Origin: Botryllus schlosseri
Taxonomy: Eukaryota
Assembly: GCA_051294905.1 (NCBI GenBank)
Contig: CM119371.1
Coordinates: 1,366,001-1,426,000, forward strand
Direction: 5' to 3'
DNA: 60,000 nt
Below, in pieces: positions 49,832 to 60,000 of this stretch. Every line of letters starts with the position of its first letter. Position 1 is the first letter of the stretch. Under the pieces are notes generated by a model. The model saw only the letters and a program-made list of their open reading frames with translations. It did no database searches and was not told where the DNA came from. The position numbers and the translations under genes are program-made.

Positions 49832-50511
49832 CTAGTCCGCAAATTACATATTGCGGAATCACAATGCGGAAGTGGACGAAAACATTGCAAATTTTGACAT
49901 TATCATAGATTTTCGACTTGCTGAAGCTAAAACTATGTCCGTGGTAGAAAACAGACCTCCAAATTTTGATCGATGACCCTTTCTCAAGGTATTATCAATA
50001 TTAATGCTCTAAAATAACGAATGCGACATGAGACTAGCGTCTATACATTGAAAACACACACGGAATTGCCAAGTTGACAATTTTTCAACTAGTGTGCTCG
50101 CGGACTCATCCACCCCCTTCCACGGACTCATTTGAGTCCGCGGACTCGGGGTTGGGAAACACTGGCCTAGAGGCTAAGGTTGATGTCTGATCTTAATTGC
50201 TGCTCCAAGTTGTTTTGACACCTTCTTATCTTCTCATTCTATCGCAGTCTTGTGATGTTTTGAAACGATGAAAATATTAATAAACCTGATTGATTGATGT
50301 AAACTTCAAGTTTAAAGCATAGAGATCAACAAGAGTATTTAATGAATTTATTTACAACAGCTATTGAAGTCAATTAGACATCTACGGTCGCTCAATACTG
50401 TCAAGTAGTTTTTTGAAGTCTGATTGCATATCATATGCAAAAACCCTTAGTGATGACTGCGCGCGAACATCAGTTATGTTGGAACGCAGCCCTCATCGTT
50501 AATGTTCGTGG

Positions 50512-50760
50512 CAGTGTTGGGATTAAGTCACTGCCTTCGAATCACAAGTCATCTCGAATCATTGCACATTTTGACTCGAGTCAAGTCAATTCACTTGATT
50601 TTCATAGGTGATAAGGGTCAAGTCAAGTCACTCGATTTTTGGAGGTGACCCGAGTCAAGTCAAGTCAAGGCACGAGTCCAGTAACTAGTCAAGTCAAGTT
50701 GAAATTTCAAAGTACTAGACATGATTCAAATTCATTACTAGGGCGATTTTTATTTGACAC
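50512..50760. mobile_element. Partial GACTCGAGTC-family MITE
   Basis: Starts cagtgttggg; cgagtcaagtcaag repeats; right end not identified. Confidence 0.55.
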
Positions 50761-53700
50761 TTCAAAAGAAGTCAAATTTTGTTTTACATGGTGAGTTTGA
50801 TTTATTTAGCTGTTCTTGTGTAAATCACACTAACATGTAACTTAGTTACTCCCGCCATTTACCGGCTTCAAAAATCTAGTATTTTTCGGCTGGAACTCGT
50901 TTTGTGTTCACAATAGACAAAACTTGCTTCTAAGACAGAGAGAAACATGATGTTTTTGCAGTTTTCATGACCCTACGACCAGTGGTTGTCGAGATGAGCA
51001 ATTTCACCCCCTCTCGCGCAGAAATTGGGGGGATGCGGGCTGAAAATAGAGGCAATCCCCTAAAATCAATTTTTATTGAAGTTTCAAGTCATTTTTTGGG
51101 ACTTAAGAATCCCCTTTTTTCGATTTGAAAAAAAGTCATTTTCACTCCACCCTACAACATTTCAACATTTAACGACAAATGACGATACATATCCTCGCAT
51201 CTTCACCAAGTCTACCTACCTCTAATTTGAAATAAGTTCTGACACATGGAACAATTGTCTGGCATTTATCCTGATTGCTACGCAACCTTTGTCAAATTGT
51301 ACACATTCGCGTAAAATACATTGTCTCTCCATATTCCGATAACCCAAATAAAATGCAGGGCTCAAATAACAAATATTTATTTCAGATCAATTCTATTCAT
51401 TTCAGAACATGAAAACGCAGCCCAATACAACATAAAATCACGGAAATTCCAGCCAATACTCTCTAAGTCTAAGATGCAGATATACTCATTAAGAGTCATT
51501 AACAATTAATACTCTTGAGTTATAATGAGTTGTGGATAATGTCAGTATAATTGCAAATTAGTCAGAATGGACATTAAGAGTAATTTATAGAATGTCAAGA
51601 AGCAAATCATAATATCTCAGTAAAAAGGGAATATTGAATCACATTCATAAGATTATCCGAAATTTCGATTGTTATGGATTAATAATTTGCCTCTTTTTCT
51701 GTTAACGATGGCGTATAAAGTCATTTAGAATCAATTAATCACATATCAATAATAAACAAGGTCATAAAGAGAAATGAGCGAATTATATTATGCTCGAAGC
51801 AATTAGAAACACCAAGGTAGCAGAAAATTTGGCCATTGGTCATAGAAGCAACAGCGACCCTCATCCTACAGAATAATATCAAGGTCATGAAATATCTTGG
51901 TAATGAAAGTTTTAAATTCGGTAAGTATACTTTTCAACACTCTCCTGAAGTCAACTGTACTAAAGATATAGAGAAAGATCACTAGATGATGATGGAACAT
52001 GGATGATCCTACATAATTGACATTACAATGGATTTCATATACTACACTACATTCATTTTCAACAAAATTTAAATTTTTATTTATATTTTTTTGGGTTTTT
52101 TGAAGTACTTAATTTCTATCATAATCCATCACACAAAACGTAAAGACAGTACAAAGTACACAGTGCACAGTGGACATCTAAGAATATACCACTTTTTTTC
52201 ATTTTTCCATATTCATGATTTTTATGTAATTTTTATTATAATCAATTATTTTATAGGTGTAGGACGATGGTATATATTTATTTTATCCCGCGAGTCGATC
52301 CCAACTTGCGAGTAAATCCTTACAATAGCAAACAATTCAACAGGATGACGGCTTGAACTCTACTGTAGTCAAACAACCTTCGCATTCAAATCCATTCAAC
52401 CAGTAATTTGTGCTGTAAAACATTCCTCTTCGAAAATATGTAGGTTCGACGTGACATTTATGGCATTACAATTGTTTTCGTCGATTTATGAAGCTTTATG
52501 TAACTGTTTTGGTTATTGTAAAATGCATATTAGAAATAGTTTCGTGAAATTGCATCGATTGAACATCAAATAGTCCGTTTGAATTCTAAAACGAATAGCA
52601 GTAATTCTGCTTGGCATGTCTCAATTTTGTTGATGACGATTGGCTCTTGTACACGAGTAACAATGTTGCATCTAATGCCTTTTCCAATACTCCCTGAAAA
52701 ACAAATACCTCTGAATAAATCAATATCCCAGTTATTCAATTACGTCAGCAAACTATATGGACTATGAGAAGAAAATTAACTGTTCGCACGGGTATGTCAT
52801 AGCAATGCACAATATAGAATTCGACTTGCTGTAGAGTACCTGGGATCAGAGTCGGACGAATCGTAGGGATTGAATCTACAGGACGATTCGTCATTTAAAT
52901 TTTCGCGAGACGATTCTCACGTATCGTTGGCACACAATCCAATATACGGAAACATATTTAGTCAGTACACGAATTTCATGAGAATAACCCTGCAGACAAC
53001 ACATCGTATCGCGGGAGCGGTATTGGCTGGGACGGTGAACTTGCTAGAGGACTTTGATAACAGTTAACATTTCGATTAGAGAAATTGCGGTGCTGTTAAC
53101 AATATCGAGTATCAATGACACTCGAAAAGTAGATATTGGCTTGTTTTATGGAAAGCCTAAAAGACTGGTGACGATAAGCGTACTGCTGTTAGAATTGGAT
53201 AATTAGATAATTCTAGTTGTCTAATTAGACTAATTAGATCAAATGCCGGTAATGTAACTTGAATCTATTTTGTGAAATGATTCTCTGCACTAATTCTAAT
53301 CTAATTGGTGAATAATTTATATTTTCTAATTTTAATTTAAACCCCATCTCTGGTTTCCCTGCAAATGCTACTGAGAGAATTGTGTAGTGCAAAACGAGCC
53401 AAGCTTTGTTGGAAAGACATTTGCTATTATCATGCTGTTTTGATAGTAATGGAACTGGATTCAATGACCTAGTTTTTGCGGACTCAGTAATTCTAATCCC
53501 AATCTAATTTGGAAAAATGTATAGCTATAACTACAGTTTTAATCTATTTTGAAAAAAGTAATGCGATAATTATAATTCTACCATAAATTGGAAATAACTG
53601 TGTAGCGTCAATTTTAATTCTACTGTATGTTGAAAGAAAATTTAACTGTAATTATAATACTAATCAATTTTGCAAAAGCAGGGAATCTTCTAGATGACTG

Positions 53701-55170
53701 AGTCTGACTGGAAATTAATCTGAAATCTTGTCGATTTGCTGCACAGCTATTGAGCTCATTCAAGAGGAAGTTCACGAAAAATTTGTAAGTTGTCACTTCG
53801 GATTACCTAAGAAAAGTATTCGACAACCAGTCCCAGTAATAATATTTGAAATGCACATACTCTAGTACTTTTCAAACTTTCATTTACACTATTGCTACAT
53901 GTACTCGAGTAAAAAATGAACGGGATCATTCCAACTTCTGTTCGAGTTTAATCAATGACTATTTCGATATAGTCTCTTTAAAAATTATGTGACAACATAT
54001 TACGAACAATAACTATATTTATTTCACCCCCAGCAGCTAAACAATCCGGACGCAATAATTCTCGACCTACGCCGTATTGACATATAAATTCTTCGAGTAT
54101 CTCATCATATCTCAGTTTCATAATACAACAAATACTTCTCCCAATAAAATGAAATCTGTGTGGTCTGAGTGCAGCAAGTAATCATGAATTGAAGTGACGC
54201 ATTACTGCCGAAGATCAACTTTTGTATATATTGACAGAGGTGCTCAGTAACCAACTAACTCCACTTGTTCAAAGTATAAAAGTGCGTTTTGCCCACTTAC
54301 ACTAATTAATTAAGTAGTTATTACTTCAGACTACTTCCATTTGTATTTGACAACTTTCATTTTTTTTCAGCAAATCTAGGAGCGATGTGAAAAGTATGTT
54401 GCGACTCGATGTGAAATGATGTATGACAGCACTATTATATTCTTGCAGAATAAACAAAGTCTTTTTTCCACAAAGCTATGTGTGATGCACCGCGTGTCAA
54501 CGTTATGATGTCACTATACGACATCAGTTAATATTGTATATTAATTTAATTAATACACAGTTTGCGTCACAATATTTCCAAACTGTTGTTTGAAACCAGA
54601 TGTGCATGAGAATGGATCGACTATTATGCAATGGAAGGACGAATCTCAACTCTCATTTTAGAACGGTCAGACTTCGCAACATCTACTCACCTGCGATAAA
54701 AATCCCAGTCGAGTTGCTTCCAGGCATCCCTTTCGCGGATCACTGAAATAAGAAATAAGTTATATGGCTTAAAATGCTTGTTAGCAAAATATGTATGCAT
54801 CCTATTAATTGTGCTCTGTTGATGAGCCTATTGCGTAATATCTGAAACAGTCATCAGGCTCAAAGAGAGTTGAAATCATCAAAAATATAAATGAATTGTG
54901 TCCTACGATACACGGTGGTGTAGTTATGGTGAGTAAGCGTATAGACTTGCGCTTATCTACTATTTTAAATCTGAATCCTGTTCCTGATGATACATTCAAA
55001 TCCAAGTACAAATCCATATTTTATTTTATCACGCGTCCATATCCGCGTCCAATCCGGTAATGGCTGAAACTTGATCAAAAAGTCGCATGAAAATGAAAGT
55101 TTCGTGAAATTCTAAGTCAAAGTACGGATGAAAATCCATCTTCGAATGAATCACAAACCATTATCTAAAG

Positions 55171-55720
55171 CAGTGGTTCCCAACGTGAGCGATTTGGCGA
55201 AAATGAGGAAGGGGGCGGTAGGGGGGCGGAAATGGATAAAAGGTGCGACAGGGGGCGAAAATAGCGAAAGGGACAATAGGGGGGCGATGGCGCGTTAAAA
55301 CGGCTATATTGGCGTCAAGTCGCAGAAATGACTTTTTTAAAAGTCAACCCACGGAAATTCAGCTGCAAAAGTGTAAAACTTTGATATCGAGCCGAAAAGT
55401 TGACCTTTTTTTATTCAACCCACCGGTGATTACAGTTTGTATGCCCATTTTTCGGTTCACAAAATTTGGGGGGGGGGGCGATGATCGCTGTGGTGCTTGA
55501 AAATGCGGCGTTGAGTCGAAAAAGGTAAAAGGCAAAAGAGATGGCACGTGACCTCAATACCATATAGATGCGTAGAGTGGATTCGTAAAATCGTGAAATT
55601 ATTTGTTATAGCTTCCGTTTTAAAGTGGTGGCTTTCAAAGGGAACATTGCTGCGGCCAAAATTGTTTTTCACACTATCCACTTTCATTTCAGACAACATA
55701 ATATTTAGAGCGAAGTGTCG
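55171..55720. mobile_element. Left part of a Buster-type MITE (right end not found)
   Basis: CAGTGGTTCCCAAC preceded by TA-centred atctaaag; ggggcga subterminal repeats. Confidence 0.5.
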
Positions 55721-57421
55721 TTTTAATGTATTATAGTTATGTCAGTGGGCAGTGAATTGAGAAATAACACACAATATGATGCCCCGGCAGTAGAATGTAT
55801 ATTACCTATATCTAATCCAATTAGATATGAGAATGAGTGAAAGTAACTCTAATCCATTTGAAAAACATTCCCTGCAATATGCAGCTAATTATTCATGTAT
55901 TGTCAATCGATTCAAATCACTAAATTTATATTCGATTTATATTCGCACCGGTTCCACGTTCTGTGAGATACTTTCACAGAACGAATATGAACTCGCATAT
56001 TCGTTTTCGTATCGAAGGTAAATCGAACAAAGTAATCCCGAATGCCATTTTTAGAATTATAGTACTTGATTAGGTTGAAAAAAAAACGATTTCGGAATTT
56101 ATGCAATGTTGTTGATTATAATTCAGTTCTACCTAAAAGAATGCACAATGCACATGAATGAGGAAATGGTTCGTATCAACGCCAATTATAAAAAAGTGGG
56201 ATGCTGTATGACATAAAACCACAAATCCTGCGGAGAGTTGGTCAGTAACGAAGTAACTCTACTTTATCAGACAGCTCAAGTAGTGCTGTCTACTTACATC
56301 GCTTTCAAGGTCATTTTAGACTACATCTTGTCACAGCTAATAGTCAAAACTACATTATTCATACAATATTGATTTTGAAAAGTATCAAGTTGTTCCTAGC
56401 TGCGTATTCGTCATCGTTTTCAGTGAAATTCTTATAGGAAAAGCCATAGCCCATGTATCATGGTGACTGCATGGACATATTTTCAAAGATTCCACTAACT
56501 TACAGTGTCTTTAATCATCTTGCATTAGCCGCGAAGATATATCTTGCAATTTCGAAAGTAGATATATCTTATAAACTGGTAAAAGTATGCGGCCCTTCGA
56601 CCAAATCTATTTTTTGAAACATCTTATTTCATTACATTTCAGACTAATACATTTTCTACTTCCACCACAAGTCAATTTGTGATTTCTTGGAAATTGCTAC
56701 TTCAACTTTGTATATCAGCATCGGATTACGGCGCTATTTATCGTTATACATGAGTCTTAACTCTGACTACTTTGGCTATCTGTAATCATTCATGAACTCG
56801 TGTTGACAACTTTCAGAACCAATCGGAGTCCGCTTGATCACCAGATGTCGTAAATAAGCTACATGAAGTATTAACTTTGTTCCATAGTAACATAAGTATA
56901 TAGAAGTGGTTTACAAGTTTCTTTGGCTTATCGTCCCCTCATCAAGCTCGATGTATCTTTATCACGTCCCATAAAGGTAGAAGTACTATCAGCAGCGAAG
57001 TACTTTTGCTTTTCTGTAATACTTATTATTATATACTTGTTTCACCTCCTCAAGTAGTTTTGATCGTATACTACCTCTACTTCAACAATTTTTATATTGT
57101 GAATACTAATTTATGCATACTTGACATTGTCAATTGAAGTAGATTTTGACACAATTCAACGATGCCTTGCTTCGAAATTGATATGCAAGCTCACAATAAG
57201 CAATGTATGAGAGATCATGCCTGAATTCCCTACTACAATTAATCGTATTAAATTAAGTATGGGATATGGAATGAAACTAAAATTCATGAATACCGTGCGT
57301 TATCACATAACCCTGGTAACGTCACTATGTCATGAATGAAACTAAAGCCTCGTGATTTCTAGCGTTAGTAACGAATTTGACCTGTTACGTGAATTGACCA
57401 TTTCATTCAAATTGATCGCGC

Positions 57422-57670
57422 TTATTTAATATACCCAATAAAACGTATCCAAAATACGGTGCAACCAAACAATGACTCACAGTATAAAACTTCCAACTCA
57501 GTATCGAGATCATTGGCAATCTTCTGGGCTCTCTCCAATTCGTCTCCTTTCAACATATGATCAATTATGCGGTATATCAATGTTACTTTCTTCAAATTGG
57601 AGTTTTTGATGAGAGACGAAATTTCATCGAGTGAAACAGGATACCAAAATATGGATCGGATATATTTGAT
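57422..57670 (-). CDS. Probable terminal exon of an unidentified host gene
   Basis: Pyrimidine-rich ctcactgcag acceptor, then 82 open codons IKYIRSIFW...DELERAQKIANDLDTELEVLY...GYIK*; upstream exons not identified in the window. Confidence 0.4.
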   Translation of the reverse strand: MKYIRSIFWYPVSLDEISSLIKNSNLKKVTLIYRIIDHMLKGDELERAQKIANDLDTELEVLYCESLFGCTVFWIRFIGYIK

Positions 57671-57998
57671 CTGCAGTGAGAAATTATGACTATTAATATT
57701 ATGTATTACAATGATGCTTACCACTATTGCTGACCATTTCACCAGGGAACATCATGTATTACAATATACTTTGGATCACTAGATTGGACGGTTTAGTCTG
57801 ACCCACTAGGTGATTCTGAAAAAATGGCCGTATTATCCGGCGCATTTCTAATACATATTGAGATATCTAGTCGGAAACATTTCCATTCTTCAAGACAGAA
57901 AATGTCGAGCATATTCGGTTCAGGTCAAATCATAACCATCCGACCGTGCTGTTGAGCTTACACTGTAGTCATCAGAAACAAGTCACTGCCATGGACAC

Positions 57999-59927
57999 TA
58001 GTGGTACCATACGTCCTCTTTTCTGACTTTTTTGAAAGTGTTCTAGGAGCCCTAGCGGTGTTTAAAAAAAAATTCAAATTTCATCGGTTTGGTTGTCAAA
58101 TCTTCTTCAAAAAGCGTTGCACACCAAATTGACTCAACCTCAACCAGTGGAAGCTGAGGTCAGTCAAATTGAAATTTTGCTCATTTTTGAAATAATAGTA
58201 TTTACGATGACCAATTTTGTCACACAGACATGACCAAAAATCGTGTTCCAGATACGCCCGGAGGGCGGGGATGTCTTTTTCACTTGTATTGATCTTGATA
58301 CAAGCCTAGGGTGGTGTTTGGATTAGGACATCGCGAGTAAACGAAAAAAATATATGACACGGACTACCTGGAAATTGGTCCAGTTCATTGAAATAGACAT
58401 GTCAAAACGATGGTGAGATAATTTTCAAATTGAGTAGGCCTACTTTACACACTGAAATTAAAGACCACGAAAAGAAAATGAACTGACAAGCAGGTAAAAT
58501 CAACGTAAATATATTTATCAAGTGATCTATATTCTTGGTCGGTCCAATGTAAATTTCTTCACGATACAATTTGATATCATAAGATATTTTATCATTTGCT
58601 CTGTACCACTCCTACAGTACTACCACAGGCAAATTATAAGACTTATAGGCACCGTGACCGATCTTCTTCCTATCAAAAGTTATCGCCCTCTATTCATGTC
58701 ATCCCCCTCCATATTAGGATACTATAATCTAATTGTATCCATATATCGTGGTAAAACACCAATGCCTTTTATGACTCTATGACAAGGGGGTCCTGGTGAT
58801 ATTGAAAGACCAGAAAATGACTAGGTAATGTGCTTTATAAGCTCACTGGGTTACCATTTGGTTTCCCCAAATCTCGCATAAGTGAAGTATCAGTAATGTT
58901 TTCCTACTCATAAATACTATTCAGTGGCCTAGCCCATTCTGAATTGCAATCGGTACCATTTTCAACGCTCTGGATCAGTCAATGTCAAACAGCAGAGAAA
59001 TATTCGAACACTGAGCTGCTGAGGAATGCAACTGATGTCTCCGTGGATGAGGTTTTGGGAATGGCAACCTTGTAATCAGTAAAAACTTTGAATCAAGGCA
59101 GAGAGTATGGCCTGCATAACTGAGATAGATTTCGTGAAATATGAATTTGTCGGACAAAAAATACGTTTAGATATGATTATCACTTGAGAAATATATATTA
59201 CTTGTATTTTTCCTGCCTGTCAGTTCATTTTAATTTCGTGGTCGTTAATTTTAGTGTGTTAAGTACTCTATTTGAAAATTATCTCACCATCGTTTTAACA
59301 TGTCTATTTCAGTGAAGTGGACCAATTTCCAGGTATCCGCGTCATATAATTTTTTCGTTCACTGGCGATGTATTCATTCAAACCCCACCGTAGGACCTTG
59401 TCAAGATCAAAACATGTGGAAAAGACACCCTGTCAGTTCGGGCATACATGAAACACGATTTTTGATCATGCCGGTGTGATGAAAGTGGTCACCGTAAATA
59501 TTATTATTTCAAAAATGACCGAAATTTCAATTTGACTGACCTCGGCTTCTACTGGTTGGAATTGAATCGAATTCGATGTGCAACGTATTTTATGTAAACT
59601 GATGATTTGACAATTAGGCCGATGAAATTTGAAAAAAAAAGTTGAAATGACGCTCAAATGACCTCTTTTTGAGAATTTGTCCTCTTTTTTGAAAATTTTG
59701 GTAAAATGTACGTGAAAATTCAACTGAGAAATTTGAAATAAGTACTGGAGTAACGCTCCGGCAGGTCTTTCGGGAGTTGATCCAGAATGGTGACCTTTTT
59801 TTTTACTCAACCAACTACAAAATTGTAAAAAATTTGCAAATTTTTGAAAATTTCACTCCTGTATTGCAAATCTGAATTTTATTTAAATGTTGTCCTCTTT
59901 TCAGATTCCCAAAACATGGTGACCATA
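57999..59927. mobile_element. gtcctctttt-family hAT MITE containing a nested foldback (~58050-59660)
   Basis: TAGTGGTACCAT...ATGGTGACCATA; TSD atggacac/atagacac; internal ~450-bp inverted arms at ~58060-58525 and ~59195-59645. Confidence 0.7.
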
Positions 59928-60000
59928 ATAGACACCCAATTCTGAGAAGGCGAAAAAGGTGAGTTCACAGTTCCATGCAAAAACGGACCACAAAGTAGTT

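Larger units (their letters stand above)
46420..50164 (-). mobile_element. Buster/Charlie-family hAT transposon, 3745 bp, full length
   Basis: TIRs CAGCGGTTCCCAACC / GGTTGGGAAACACTG; perfect TA-centred 8-bp TSD gcctagag (46412-46419 / 50165-50172); cgcggact subterminal repeats. Confidence 0.95.

Noticed and set aside
51500..53100. Protein-like decayed frames (possible LINE or pseudogene remnants); similar at 6380-6680, 10360-11330 and 16900-17400
   Set aside because: No diagnostic motif could be recognised by eye; needs BLASTx.

Overview
AT-rich eukaryotic (invertebrate-like, possibly tunicate; inference only) DNA that is almost entirely a nested stack of DNA transposons, with no complete host gene. 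(1) Decayed, repeated exon fragments of an RBM28/Nop4-like RRM gene on the minus strand (~0.2-10.4 kb) lie among many hAT-type MITEs. (2) A ~520-bp direct duplication flanks a nested hAT MITE stack (11980-18004). (3) A ~27-kb Kolobok-like element (18429-45409) interrupts the second copy of that duplication. It hosts an apparently intact 6.5-kb P/Galileo-like transposon (18596-25100), a 192-bp satellite and a decayed virus/Polinton-like segment with one intact tandem-OB-fold gene. That segment is itself split by an 11.8-kb CACTG (EnSpm/CMC) element (28730-40551). (4) An intact Buster-type hAT transposon (46420-50164). (5) A probable terminal host exon near 57.5 kb. The most striking observation is in the P element: its 15-exon THAP/DDE transposase stops shortly after the catalytic Glu. 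The missing P-transposase C-terminal domain appears to be encoded as a separate, intronless, convergent gene that starts just inside the opposite TIR, i.e. a two-gene (split) P transposase. All coordinates were read by eye, and family calls rest on recalled motifs, not database searches.
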